Notes under the pieces: model-generated
Databases searched by the model: none
What the model saw: the letters and a program-made list of their open reading frames with translations, nothing else
What the model was told of the DNA's origin: nothing
Translations under genes and position numbers: made by a program
Shown here: piece after piece, positions 37,740 through 47,517 of the stretch
Position numbering within the stretch: position 1 is the stretch's first letter
How the letters are laid out: every line of letters starts with the position of its first letter
Origin: a virus
DNA: 64,000 bases
IMG/VR virus record: IMGVR_UViG_3300045988_120055
Location: 53,031 to 117,030 of that record
Strand: one strand, 5' to 3'

Positions 37740-39809
37740 TTAAAATTTAATTTTAAGAACTCTTTCTGTTGCACCCTTGACTTTAACAATCACATCATCT
37801 CGCTTTGTAGAGCTGAAGCCAATTCCTGATAACTGGTTTGGATCATCTGCGACATGCATTTTGTTTCCTAAAGCCTCGAATACTCTCTTGTGCTGTACTA
37901 ATTCCTGCTTCAAAAACTCATTGAAGAATCCATTTGGAGTATCTTCATTTACACATCCGTTTAACATAAACAGATAATGTTTATGTCCAATACCTGTCTG
38001 CTCGTCCCAATAGTTAGGTGAATAACACATTACTGTTACTGGCACAAACTGATTTGTATTGATTCCCCAGATTTCTCTTGAAGATGTTGTTGATGGAAGT
38101 TTCTCTTTGATTGTGAATACTCCATCTTTTAATGTAACTGTAGCCACTGGAACATCTTCGTTCTGACGTAAAGGCTTATCATATTCAAATTCATAAATCT
38201 GTCCATCAAATTCAATCTCTGCTGTAAATCCAGAAACTCCATTTCTATGAGCAAAATTTCTTACGAAAAATTCATATTCTCCGTCAACCATTTTGGATTT
38301 ATCTGCCCATGTAATATTTTCTACGGCAGGCTCTCCTCTATGTGGATGAGTTACATCAACATCAAGGCTTCCACCAGTTGCATAATCATGCATTGAAGCA
38401 TAATAGATATGATGACGTGGAGTTCTGCAATGTGCATCAAAATCATCCTGATTCCAATCTGTATTTGCATTCCACTGAATTGAGAATCTTAAAACTCCAT
38501 CAACTGCACCACCTGCGTTCTTAACTCTTTCTTTCATTTCACTGTCTGTCATATTTCCTGAATATGCCCAGCTGAAAGGATTACTCCACTTCATCATGTT
38601 CTTAGCATCTTTATTTACAGGTGCGATCAGTGAAACCATATTCTTCTTGTGACGATTTTCAAACAGAACTTCTAATTCTTTTGCCGTTGGAAGTACATCT
38701 GATACGAATTTCTCTGCACTGATTTCTTCGACTTTAGAGAACTTCTTAGGATTTACAGCAACTTCCTTACTCATCTCATCGAAAATATCTAAACCGCCCT
38801 GAATACGTGGTGCTGCATCACGATTACAAAACAGGATATTGTTGACTGTAATATCATCAAGTTTCGCAAATCTACGCTGTAATGAATCCATATATCCTAA
38901 ATCAGTCACAGTTTTCTTTGCATCCTCAAGCATTTTCTTTGTAAAAATTGCCTTTGGTCGTTTGTAATTCGCAGGAGCTACAACATTTTCATAAGCCTTA
39001 ACCGCATTATCTAAGTCCATATCCTCACTGATATTTACAAGCAATGTACCAATACTATGGTTTCTAATACGACCAATTACATCTCCGATCGTCATGGCTT
39101 TTGCCCATGTGTATGTATCTTTCTCTTCATCGGATAAACTATTGTATTCTCGCTGATATTTTCTAAAGTCCTTTAAGATTCTTTCCCATTCCTGTCCTCT
39201 ATAAAGAGTATTTGAAGCGATCAGTTCTAATACCGTATCAACAGCTTCTTCTGTGATTTCATCAAGCGATCTTTTGAACACGCTCTTTCGATCTCTAACT
39301 TTTGCTTTTGCTGTAGGAATATCGGATTTTCTTTCTAGTAATCTCTCTGGAATCGGTGTATACATATGAGTCCATTTGATAATCTGCTTATCTTCTGTAT
39401 ACTCATTTGTACTTTTTACTCCAACTGTATTTGTAAAATGTCTCCAAATATCTTTGATTGGCTTTGATTCTACATATGTTCGTAAAGCATCAACTACTGG
39501 CTGAAATACGACATCATCAGTGTCGATCTCCCAGATCGTATGAATCTTACCGTCAACAATTGTCACAGCTCCACCGATTGTTTTAATAAAGTTTCGACAA
39601 TGACCACAGTCATATTCTCTTCGCTTGCGATACATTTTGTTAGTTCCTTCAGGGAAACTACTCAGATATACTTCCCAAAGTTCATCCTTATCAATATCGG
39701 TTTCATACAATGTAGAATTGTTTTTCTCTACATAGTCGAGCATTTTATTTAAACGCTCTGACAATTTGCTTAAAAAGTTACTCCAGCTTTCATTCATTGG
39801 TGTACACAT
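37740..39809 (-). CDS. large hypothetical protein (689 aa) with CxxC motif
   Basis: Long ORF; RKRREYDCGHCRNF; no family assigned. Confidence 0.45.
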   Translation of the reverse strand: MCTPMNESWSNFLSKLSERLNKMLDYVEKNNSTLYETDIDKDELWEVYLSSFPEGTNKMYRKRREYDCGHCRNFIKTIGGAVTIVDGKIHTIWEIDTDDVVFQPVVDALRTYVESKPIKDIWRHFTNTVGVKSTNEYTEDKQIIKWTHMYTPIPERLLERKSDIPTAKAKVRDRKSVFKRSLDEITEEAVDTVLELIASNTLYRGQEWERILKDFRKYQREYNSLSDEEKDTYTWAKAMTIGDVIGRIRNHSIGTLLVNISEDMDLDNAVKAYENVVAPANYKRPKAIFTKKMLEDAKKTVTDLGYMDSLQRRFAKLDDITVNNILFCNRDAAPRIQGGLDIFDEMSKEVAVNPKKFSKVEEISAEKFVSDVLPTAKELEVLFENRHKKNMVSLIAPVNKDAKNMMKWSNPFSWAYSGNMTDSEMKERVKNAGGAVDGVLRFSIQWNANTDWNQDDFDAHCRTPRHHIYYASMHDYATGGSLDVDVTHPHRGEPAVENITWADKSKMVDGEYEFFVRNFAHRNGVSGFTAEIEFDGQIYEFEYDKPLRQNEDVPVATVTLKDGVFTIKEKLPSTTSSREIWGINTNQFVPVTVMCYSPNYWDEQTGIGHKHYLFMLNGCVNEDTPNGFFNEFLKQELVQHKRVFEALGNKMHVADDPNQLSGIGFSSTKRDDVIVKVKGATERVLKIKF

Positions 39810-39830
39810 ACTTTATCTCCTTTTTATGTA

Positions 39831-41156
39831 TTATTTAATTGCTACAAAAATTTCATCGTTCTTGTTACCATTCACATAAATTTCTTTACCCTGAAGTTCT
39901 GGAAAATATTTCTTGGCAAGTTTTTTGAATTCATTAACATACTTCATATCACAGTTTTTGTAAATCAGTTTACCAGCAACAGAACCACCTGAAAGCAAAC
40001 CTATTCTTCTTAAGAACTTCGCATGAGGTAAACCTTTCTGATCATCTTTTCTATACTTATCTTTCTCCAGAATCTTTTCCAATTTACATAAGTTTTCTGT
40101 CACTTCAATACAGCTGCTTGGATATTTCACATATTTGTTTGTCCAGAAATCAACTGCATCATAAGCCCCTGCGTTGCCGCAAAGGTATTTTAATACACAG
40201 GTTTTGAAGCCATTTTCTCTGTCATACACATCATTTCCTTCTACATACGCAACAGTTTCCGCTCCAGAAGTCCATAAGATTTTAACCATTCCATGATAAT
40301 GTTTTACTTTAAACACTGGTTCGCCATCTTTTTCAATCTGTTTACCGTTATTGTCTAACATTGGTTCTTTTACTGTAATTTCTTTATCAACATAAATCGG
40401 TCTCTTAATCATTTCTTTTAGATTTTTTATATTCATATCTTTCTCCTCTTCGTTTCCTGTAAGTTCACTCATGATTTCATCCAATTTTTCTGACGCAAAT
40501 GTTAAAGTTGCACTCATTTCACCATTCCAATCATCAAGTGTTGGTGCGTCTGCTCGTAATCCACGTTCAGTTTCGGATCCTCCACAACATTCTTTCCACC
40601 AATTCTTTTCTGCTTCTGACGTTGCGGTAATTGGTTTTTGCTGATAGTGTGGCAGAACAGACACTCTTCTTTCTGAAAGTGGTGGTGGGGCTAATGTTCC
40701 AATTTTTATTTCGTCAGCTAAAATCGTACCTGTATGAATCTCAAGATCCTCATTCATTGTTCTTACTGATTCCTTTCTTGTTATAGTAATGCTCGCTTCT
40801 GTTGATCGTATGCACTGATTTCTATACTGTTCTTTTTTATACCATGGTGGAACAATAACCAATATCTTATCATTGATGTACACATCCATTTCGATTGATT
40901 CAGCATCATGAAGTGCAACATATCGCCAAGGATGTGTTGTTCTAATAATCTTACCTTGAGGTTTTATTGTGTAAGTAGCAACAATTCGTGAAGCATTTTT
41001 TAATTCAACAATCTCAATTTTAAATTTTGCATATACATCATCATTATCTACTTCGACAATATCTCCTACATCAAATAATTTCATCATACGTGAATTATAT
41101 TTAAGTTCTTGTCCATTTTTAGTCCGTATCCAAACGCCCGTTTTATTTTCTTCCAT
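39831..41156 (-). CDS. hypothetical protein (441 aa)
   Basis: Long ORF, no family assigned. Confidence 0.45.
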   Translation of the reverse strand: MEENKTGVWIRTKNGQELKYNSRMMKLFDVGDIVEVDNDDVYAKFKIEIVELKNASRIVATYTIKPQGKIIRTTHPWRYVALHDAESIEMDVYINDKILVIVPPWYKKEQYRNQCIRSTEASITITRKESVRTMNEDLEIHTGTILADEIKIGTLAPPPLSERRVSVLPHYQQKPITATSEAEKNWWKECCGGSETERGLRADAPTLDDWNGEMSATLTFASEKLDEIMSELTGNEEEKDMNIKNLKEMIKRPIYVDKEITVKEPMLDNNGKQIEKDGEPVFKVKHYHGMVKILWTSGAETVAYVEGNDVYDRENGFKTCVLKYLCGNAGAYDAVDFWTNKYVKYPSSCIEVTENLCKLEKILEKDKYRKDDQKGLPHAKFLRRIGLLSGGSVAGKLIYKNCDMKYVNEFKKLAKKYFPELQGKEIYVNGNKNDEIFVAIK

Positions 41157-41170
41157 TCCTATCTCCTTTC

Positions 41171-41635
41171 TTATTTCGTCAATTCATAAGGTGTTTTAAT
41201 ATTAAAATAATCTTCACGTTTGTATTTCCCAATTAATAAAGTAATGGTAACGTCTCGATCTAACGTATCAACAAATGAACGTTTACAATATCTATTACGA
41301 CCATTTCTTTCAACGTCAAATGAATCATAAATTCGTAAAATCCATCTTTCTCTATCCAACAGCGCTGAAATACTAAACATATAGATATTATCCAAATGTT
41401 TTTCTTCACAAAGTCTATAACGAACTCTTGGAACTACTTCTCTTGTGTGTAAGAGTATACTTCCTAAGTCTTCATTAATTACCACGTATGTTTTTTCTTT
41501 TCCATTTTTTCTATTTAAGACTTTGATACAATCTCCTGAATGTGGAGTATGTCTCATTTCATCTAGCTCAAAATATTTTTGTCCTAAATGCCCAAATTTT
41601 TGTATGTAAATGCCCATATTTCTCCTTTCTAACAT
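41171..41635 (-). CDS. hypothetical protein
   Basis: 154-aa ORF. Confidence 0.4.
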   Translation of the reverse strand: MLERRNMGIYIQKFGHLGQKYFELDEMRHTPHSGDCIKVLNRKNGKEKTYVVINEDLGSILLHTREVVPRVRYRLCEEKHLDNIYMFSISALLDRERWILRIYDSFDVERNGRNRYCKRSFVDTLDRDVTITLLIGKYKREDYFNIKTPYELTK

Positions 41636-41700
41636 AATATTTACATTTTAATTTTGCACAAATGCCTGTGCGAGTCATCATGTATAATAAGGAAGAAACT

Positions 41701-42357
41701 CTACCCGATTATATTCTGGATCAGCTCATAATACTTTGTTCTACCGACATATTCATTCGGCTCTGAGCTTTGTAACTTCTTTTTCAATGTACCAATATCT
41801 TCTTTATTATTAATGCTTTCCTGCATTACTTCTACATATCGAATACATTTCTTAATCTGTGTATGTAGCTCTCTCATTGTCTTAAGATATCCAACAATTA
41901 CAGCTCTCTTCGCAGCATTGATTTTCTTTCCTTCAATTGCATGAAGAATATCGCTGATTGCAGAATCCGTGTAAGATAATGACTGTTCCATCTCAAATTT
42001 CTTCTGGCTTAACTCTTCGTAGTCATATGCCAAAAGACCTACTATAGCACGTTCTTCTGCTTCAATATCGTTTAGGATAGATTTATCCCATTCAAAGTCT
42101 TTAAAACAATTTCCGTTGCTTCTACGCTTACTTTCTCTACGAGACATAACATTTCCAGTGTTACTGCCATCAAATTCTTGGATATAAAAGCCTGATTTTA
42201 TCCACTTCATATCACGATTCTTAGATCCAAGAATACGCTTTGCTTGCTTTGATGTGAACTGAGTTGCCAGATCAAGACAATCTGCTTGATAGTATTTATT
42301 GGCTTGGTATGGATTTCGTGCTACATACTTACTTCCATCCGTAATTATGTATTTCAT
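41701..42357 (-). CDS. hypothetical protein
   Basis: 218-aa ORF; GGAGTG RBS. Confidence 0.4.
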   Translation of the reverse strand: MKYIITDGSKYVARNPYQANKYYQADCLDLATQFTSKQAKRILGSKNRDMKWIKSGFYIQEFDGSNTGNVMSRRESKRRSNGNCFKDFEWDKSILNDIEAEERAIVGLLAYDYEELSQKKFEMEQSLSYTDSAISDILHAIEGKKINAAKRAVIVGYLKTMRELHTQIKKCIRYVEVMQESINNKEDIGTLKKKLQSSEPNEYVGRTKYYELIQNIIG

Positions 42358-42403
42358 ACATCACTCCTATATTTAATTGTAGTTTTTTGGAAAAATTTTC
42401 ATG

Positions 42404-42432
42404 TTGACGAACATGTTTAGAATTGTTATAAT
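42404..42432 (+). promoter_or_regulatory. near-consensus sigma-A promoter TTGACG-17-TATAAT on the plus strand
   Basis: -35 at 42404-42409, 17-bp spacer, -10 at 42427-42432; no plus-strand protein gene downstream. Confidence 0.5.
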
Positions 42433-42439
42433 GATTTTA

Positions 42440-42535
42440 AGGATATTATTATCCTTTCAGATTAAACAATTCTAAATATCAAATTCGATTTTCTATCGTG
42501 CTGCCAACACGGTAGATTCAAAAAATCTTTTTTTG
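42440..42535 (+). ncRNA. candidate ~95-nt small RNA between promoter and intrinsic terminator
   Basis: Hairpin AAGGATA-TTAT-TATCCTT (42441-42458); terminal hairpin CTATCGTG-CTGCCAA-CACGGTAG (42493-42515) followed by AGATT-CAAAA-AATCT and TTTTTT (42529-42534). Confidence 0.4.
42493..42534 (+). terminator. rho-independent terminator of the candidate sRNA
   Basis: 8-bp GC-containing stem, then short A/T stem and T6 tract. Confidence 0.45.
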
Positions 42536-42550
42536 TTATCTATGATTTGT

Positions 42551-42916
42551 TTAGTTGAAATTTTTAGTTTGTGTGAAAGTAGAAGTTTTACCAAAGACTT
42601 CTGCTTTCTTTTTTATTGTCTGTATTTTTATGCCAACATTGTATCTCTCTTTGTATGTAAATTGCAGGCATTTGATTATGTCAAATATGTCGTCCTGCCT
42701 AATATGAGAGAACAAATTCTCATCTTGAATAAATTCGATCCAATGATATGAAAGATCTTTATCTTTGCCATAGATCTTCATCTTTCTATCATCTGCTCGA
42801 ATCTTATATTCGCTCAGAAACCACGATGACATTTCTGATGAGTGTAAATCAAGTACATCAATATGCATTTGATTTGATTGATTCGCTGCTAACATTTCTA
42901 ATATTTGATTGTCCAT
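42551..42916 (-). CDS. hypothetical protein
   Basis: 121-aa ORF. Confidence 0.4.
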   Translation of the reverse strand: MDNQILEMLAANQSNQMHIDVLDLHSSEMSSWFLSEYKIRADDRKMKIYGKDKDLSYHWIEFIQDENLFSHIRQDDIFDIIKCLQFTYKERYNVGIKIQTIKKKAEVFGKTSTFTQTKNFN

Positions 42917-42930
42917 ACATATACCTTCCT

Positions 42931-43959
42931 TTATTCTGCCATGATTTGATGTACACGATAATTCTTATAGTCCTCATCTTTATATAAATAACCAATAGTT
43001 TTACCAATTACAGTTTGACGATCACTAAATTGTTTCTTTTTTAATCTATATGATATATAATAATTATAATAAAATTTAATTGCAATTTCACTAAATTGAC
43101 GTGCGATTACAGATCGTGCGATTCCTTCTTTTGATTTAATATAATACAAATCTGCAATTGCCTTGATATCCATTTTAGATTTTAAATATTGTATAAAACC
43201 AGAATTAATAACATCAATGGTTGTCAATTTTTCATAAGATAAAGTGTTACCAGTTAATTCTAATTGAGACTGCACATTAGTATATATCCTCTTTTGCTCT
43301 GCTTGATATTCTTCTATATTATTACATTTTTTTCGTGGTATTAATACAAAATCATCATATATATTCGTATCTCCCATTTTCAATTTATATTCATTCAATG
43401 TCTCGATAAAATCTTTGGAGACTGGTTTCCCAAAAATTGTTAAATCATTTTGATTAATATCTGAGAATTTTAGATTTCTTAACTCCTTTCCATTTATCCC
43501 ATTATATAAACTCACAATGTGAAATCTAGTATTCAATTTGGTATCGGCTGATGCATTGCACGACATCAGATTCGAAATAAACGCATTTATTTTATCTGGT
43601 GTAACATAATTAACATTAACTCTATTTGAAAAATATATATCAACTGCTAATTGCAAGTTTATAAATTTATCATTAACAAATGGATTATATTTAATGTAAT
43701 TTTGTTCATATGCATAAGTATATAGTTTGACGAGCTGGTCATATCTTTTTTTAATAGAATTCATACTTTTGGTTTTTTTACCTCTAGTATCTGATAATAT
43801 AGCCTCTTGTATTGTACCTGGTGCATACGTTAACCCAGATTCATTGTCGTCCGCAATATCAGAATCTAATAACCAATTCCATGTTGGGCGACGTGATTCT
43901 GATACGTGAGAATCTATATAATTTTGTATCAATTCTTTATTATTCATAATGTTCTCCAT
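42931..43959 (-). CDS. hypothetical protein (342 aa)
   Basis: Long ORF directly downstream of the MazF-like gene; no catalytic motif recognised. Confidence 0.4.
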   Translation of the reverse strand: MENIMNNKELIQNYIDSHVSESRRPTWNWLLDSDIADDNESGLTYAPGTIQEAILSDTRGKKTKSMNSIKKRYDQLVKLYTYAYEQNYIKYNPFVNDKFINLQLAVDIYFSNRVNVNYVTPDKINAFISNLMSCNASADTKLNTRFHIVSLYNGINGKELRNLKFSDINQNDLTIFGKPVSKDFIETLNEYKLKMGDTNIYDDFVLIPRKKCNNIEEYQAEQKRIYTNVQSQLELTGNTLSYEKLTTIDVINSGFIQYLKSKMDIKAIADLYYIKSKEGIARSVIARQFSEIAIKFYYNYYISYRLKKKQFSDRQTVIGKTIGYLYKDEDYKNYRVHQIMAE

Positions 43960-43961
43960 TT

Positions 43962-44411
43962 CTAGGATGCCATTGCATTCATGTACGATAACATGCCGTT
44001 TTGTATTAAAATGCCATGTCCTATTTTTAACATTAAAGATAGATCAGATATTCTTCCCCAATACTCTAAAAGATTATTCTTTGGAATTGTTCTTCCTTGC
44101 TCTAAATACACTTGTGATACCATTTTTAATCCATTACTGGTATTTGGATAAATGGTCACATGTGTCGGTATCCAGTTCCTTAATTTTTTTGTAATTGGAT
44201 ACACGTTAATCTCTGTGCTCGTATTGTTACAAATATTATTAGAATAGACAATAACTGGTCTTTTCCCATGCAAGATATGGCTACCTTCGATTTTCGGCAA
44301 ATCTGCAAAATATATTCCCCAAACTTGAGGATTTTGATATTTACCATATACATATTCTTTTCTTTTTCTGTTATCGTTTCCTTTTCTTTCTTTGTTAGTA
44401 TATCCGTTCAT
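43962..44411 (-). CDS. MazF/PemK-family endoribonuclease toxin-like protein with K/R-rich N-terminal extension
   Basis: GIYFADLPKIEGSHILHGKRPVIVYSNNICNNTSTEINVYPITKK...PTHVTI fits the PemK/MazF pattern (G.E..g.RPvlVvS....N......v.P.Ts). Start moved to ATG 44411 (GAGGGA RBS); the track ATG 44456 coincides with the predicted TSS. Confidence 0.6.
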   Translation of the reverse strand: MNGYTNKERKGNDNRKRKEYVYGKYQNPQVWGIYFADLPKIEGSHILHGKRPVIVYSNNICNNTSTEINVYPITKKLRNWIPTHVTIYPNTSNGLKMVSQVYLEQGRTIPKNNLLEYWGRISDLSLMLKIGHGILIQNGMLSYMNAMAS

Positions 44412-44462
44412 TTTTACGTCCCTCAACTTTCCCCAGTTGTATTTTTTTGTTTTCATGAATTA

Positions 44463-44500
44463 AATATACCATACTTTTTGCACCCTGTCAATAAGTGCAA
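44463..44500 (-). promoter_or_regulatory. sigma-A-type promoter TTGACA-17-TATATT inside palindrome TTGCACC-N9-AGTGCAA (copy 2 of duplicated 48-bp element)
   Basis: 47 of 48 nt identical to 1420-1467; -35 at 44486-44491, -10 at 44463-44468. Confidence 0.55.
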
Positions 44501-44572
44501 GAAAGAAAGTTAATTTTTATTGTGAACAAAGAATCTCTACATTTCTTATTATAATGCTACCATAGAACAAAA

Positions 44573-44893
44573 TCAAGATATTTTTCGAACAAATGTTCTC
44601 TTTTTGTTCGAACACTTTACTTTGTGCTTACTTGGAAGTGGGAAATACTGTCTAACTTGATGAGGATTATCCAGTTTCCATTTCTTTTCTTCAAAATCAT
44701 AGTCACAGAAATCAAGCACTTCGTCCACACATCCATCATTATATTTGTAATCCACGATTACAGGATATGTTTTATATCTCATATAACGTGATGCGTTATC
44801 TGGTTTTAGTGGTGGAATCTCTGCTGAAATCCACATAAGATTCTGGTTTGCTTTCTTTTCTTCCTTATTTTGTCTAATCGTATTTATCTTCAT
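44573..44893 (-). CDS. hypothetical protein
   Basis: 106-aa ORF; 3' end contains palindrome TTCGAACAAA-N-TTTGTTCGAA. Confidence 0.4.
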   Translation of the reverse strand: MKINTIRQNKEEKKANQNLMWISAEIPPLKPDNASRYMRYKTYPVIVDYKYNDGCVDEVLDFCDYDFEEKKWKLDNPHQVRQYFPLPSKHKVKCSNKKRTFVRKIS

Positions 44894-44904
44894 ACAAAAT
44901 TCTC

Positions 44905-45669
44905 CTATAAAATCCTAATAATTTGTTCGTAAATTGCAATCGCGTTATCTTCTGGAAAGTTCTGATTAACATGCATATGCCCAAAGAACCACTTTTTATA
45001 TTCGACAGATTCTTTAATCTCTTGCAAATAATCCGTCAATATATCTGTTTTGTACACTCCTGATCCTTGATCCATTTGATGTAATGCAGATGTGTATGGA
45101 CTATGTGTAATTATATAATCCACTTGCGATCCATTCTGCTTCAGATTCATCATACCTTCTGTCATTTCTTCTTCTGAAGGCAACTCCTCTTTCCACCATG
45201 ACGTATGATTGATCCTAAACATTTTGTCATAATCACGATACCACTCATTAATTCTTGGATCGTCTTGCTCTAAAATCCCATCCTGAACATCGTGAGAACT
45301 AGCTCCACCAAACGTAAAGAATCTCTTTCCCTGGATATCAAATACCTGTCCTCGCATGAGATGAAAAACAGAGCTACAAATCTTATGAATCTTTCCTCCA
45401 TTCCATTCTTCTACAGGATATTCGTACAGCCGATCATAATTTTCATGGTTCCCACATACAAACAAAGTAGTAAATGGTTTGTTGTCCAACCATTCCAGAT
45501 TATGTCGTTCTTCTTTTGTGTCGTGCCACAATCCAAAATCTCCGCAAATGATCACGTAATCATCTTTAGTTAACTCTACTCCTTCTAGGAAAGAATGACT
45601 GTTTAATCGAGTCATCCAATCCCCATGCGTATCTCCTGTTACATAAATCATAATACTACCTCCTAGCAA
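44905..45669 (-). CDS. calcineurin-like metallophosphoesterase
   Basis: MIYVTGDTHGDW, VIICGDFGLW, VCGNHEN motifs. Confidence 0.7.
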   Translation of the reverse strand: MLGGSIMIYVTGDTHGDWMTRLNSHSFLEGVELTKDDYVIICGDFGLWHDTKEERHNLEWLDNKPFTTLFVCGNHENYDRLYEYPVEEWNGGKIHKICSSVFHLMRGQVFDIQGKRFFTFGGASSHDVQDGILEQDDPRINEWYRDYDKMFRINHTSWWKEELPSEEEMTEGMMNLKQNGSQVDYIITHSPYTSALHQMDQGSGVYKTDILTDYLQEIKESVEYKKWFFGHMHVNQNFPEDNAIAIYEQIIRIL

Positions 45670-46361
45670 TATCCTCTAACTTTGTATCTATAATCGTCAT
45701 ATCGTATTGTTTTTGAATTTCCAGACTTATATCTAATGAAATTATCTTCTTCATCTGATATCATTTCAAATAATAATTGAGATTCTATCAATATTGATCG
45801 AACTATATAATTATATACAACTAGAAACATAAAATCTGTTACTTTTGTATTTTTAGGAATCATAATGTCTGTTAGATTTATTACGCACACCCTATCAAGA
45901 CGTTCTGCTGCATTAAGTAATTGATCTTTAATTTTTTGCTCTATTTTATCTTTTTTCTGTAACAACTTATGATAAATCTCAATAATTTCTTGAGAAAAAA
46001 TATCATCGTTTGCAAAATTAATACAATCAGAATATTCGCTGACCAATTTTGGCTTGTATTTAAAATCGAAATTATTACAAATTTCCTGTACGGTTTTATT
46101 TTGAAATTTCACAATAACATCTGTATCAGAGACTTCACGTATTCCAACATAAAAAATATTCAAGATAGACATAATTATAGATCTTGTATATGAAACTGAA
46201 TATCTTTTATCATGAAAACGATCAATCAACTCCTCTATGGTAAATTTATTATTTTTTCGGATATAATTCTCTAGCCATTGTTGTAATTGTAATTCATAAC
46301 TTTGTTGAGATTTTTCCAATGCTTCGTTATATACATCCTTTATCTCTGCTTTATTAATCAT
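45663..46361 (-). CDS. hypothetical protein
   Basis: 232-aa ORF. Confidence 0.4.
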   Translation of the reverse strand: MINKAEIKDVYNEALEKSQQSYELQLQQWLENYIRKNNKFTIEELIDRFHDKRYSVSYTRSIIMSILNIFYVGIREVSDTDVIVKFQNKTVQEICNNFDFKYKPKLVSEYSDCINFANDDIFSQEIIEIYHKLLQKKDKIEQKIKDQLLNAAERLDRVCVINLTDIMIPKNTKVTDFMFLVVYNYIVRSILIESQLLFEMISDEEDNFIRYKSGNSKTIRYDDYRYKVRGYC

Positions 46362-46375
46362 CTTATCACCTCTTC

Positions 46376-47374
46376 TTACTTAATAATCTCATTCAATAAT
46401 TCTTCCAATGTTTCTAAATTATCCATATGCACGTTATAATCTTGTTCATTTGCATCTTGCTGCCCCATATCATAAGCACATTTAATCAAATCTAAGATGT
46501 AGTCTTTGCTTGCTGTCACAAGATTCTTATTCTTTCCATCAAAAATGCCTTTAATAATATCCTTGTACGTATCAGAAATGTCGCAGAATAACTCATGTGT
46601 TTCTTCCTCGGTAATTGTTGCGTACAAGAATGTCATAGCTGGGTTGCTATGGTTCATCAATCGCATTAACTCATACAGTACGTTCTGATCATTCTTGTGA
46701 GTTACAAGAGTCCAGTAAACAAAGTTTTTTCGTAATGTATGAGTTCCTACGTTATCTTCAATACCTACTGCTCTTGCTCCCTTTTTCACAAAATCTAAGG
46801 CATTAGCTTCTGTCATATGTCCATCTGATCCTGACTTACATGTGCAGAAAATATAATTATCCATTGGAATTTCTCTATTAACTCTAATATCATACCTTGT
46901 TCCTGCAATTGCATCAAAGAAAATCTCTACTGCCTCTTTGACAATATCATTGAAAAATACAGTTCTGAACTTCTTTGTTTTTTTCTCTTGCTTTCTCACA
47001 CGATCATTATCTCCTAACAAATCACACCATTTAAGTCTGACGATATCAGAAATACGATAGGCTGTATTGTTTCCAATGCATACTAGAAGATAGTTTCTAG
47101 CAGCAACATATTTCTTATAATCCGTATACACAGAATCAATCTGCTCAAAAAAATAATCACAGAAAGCCTTAAACTTCTCTGGATTCTTAATCGGATAAAC
47201 TAAAGATGATACACCTTTCTGTTTGTTAGATCGAGTCCATTTAGGGTTTCCGTCCTTGCGTCTTTTAATCTTTGTTTCGGATTCTTCTGCGTTATTATTG
47301 TTTGCTGTTTCAATAACTTCAAATTGTGTTGCTGCCATGATAATCTCTCCTCTCTTAGTTGTTACACTGTTCAC
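46376..47374 (-). CDS. tyrosine recombinase / phage-type integrase
   Basis: Catalytic-domain motifs: R in TAYRISDIVRLKW, H-x-x-R in GTHTLRKNF, and H...Y in NHSNPAMTFLYATI. Confidence 0.65.
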   Translation of the reverse strand: MNSVTTKRGEIIMAATQFEVIETANNNNAEESETKIKRRKDGNPKWTRSNKQKGVSSLVYPIKNPEKFKAFCDYFFEQIDSVYTDYKKYVAARNYLLVCIGNNTAYRISDIVRLKWCDLLGDNDRVRKQEKKTKKFRTVFFNDIVKEAVEIFFDAIAGTRYDIRVNREIPMDNYIFCTCKSGSDGHMTEANALDFVKKGARAVGIEDNVGTHTLRKNFVYWTLVTHKNDQNVLYELMRLMNHSNPAMTFLYATITEEETHELFCDISDTYKDIIKGIFDGKNKNLVTASKDYILDLIKCAYDMGQQDANEQDYNVHMDNLETLEELLNEIIK

Positions 47375-47437
47375 GTACTTCTGGTCTAATTTCTACCTCG
47401 ATTAATTCCATAATTCTCACTCCTATTCTCTAAATTT

Positions 47438-47470
47438 AGGCAAAACAAAAAGAAGCCACTAAGCTTCTCA
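47438..47470 (-). terminator. rho-independent terminator downstream of the replication-initiator-like gene
   Basis: Minus strand GAGAAGC-TTAGTG-GCTTCTT followed by TTTTGTTTTGCC. Confidence 0.45.
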
Positions 47471-47517
47471 AAATTGCCATTATTCAGTTTACAATTATCA
47501 TCATCCACCATACAGGT

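Noticed and set aside
44412-44456. ORF-track start codon for the MazF-like gene at 44456
   Set aside because: It coincides with the predicted transcription start of the duplicated promoter and has no RBS. The ATG at 44411 has a GAGGGA RBS.
1420-44518. The two 48-bp identical repeats as attL/attR of a nested mobile element
   Set aside because: Each copy contains a complete promoter placed 25-45 nt upstream of a start codon. Gene content on both sides is continuous phage-like DNA. A duplicated regulatory cassette is more parsimonious than att sites.
44592-44627. Palindrome TTCGAACAAA-N-TTTGTTCGAA as an operator
   Set aside because: It lies inside the last codons of ORF 44573..44893 and is not followed by a T-tract. 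It may simply be coding sequence. It is kept at low weight in the feature evidence only.
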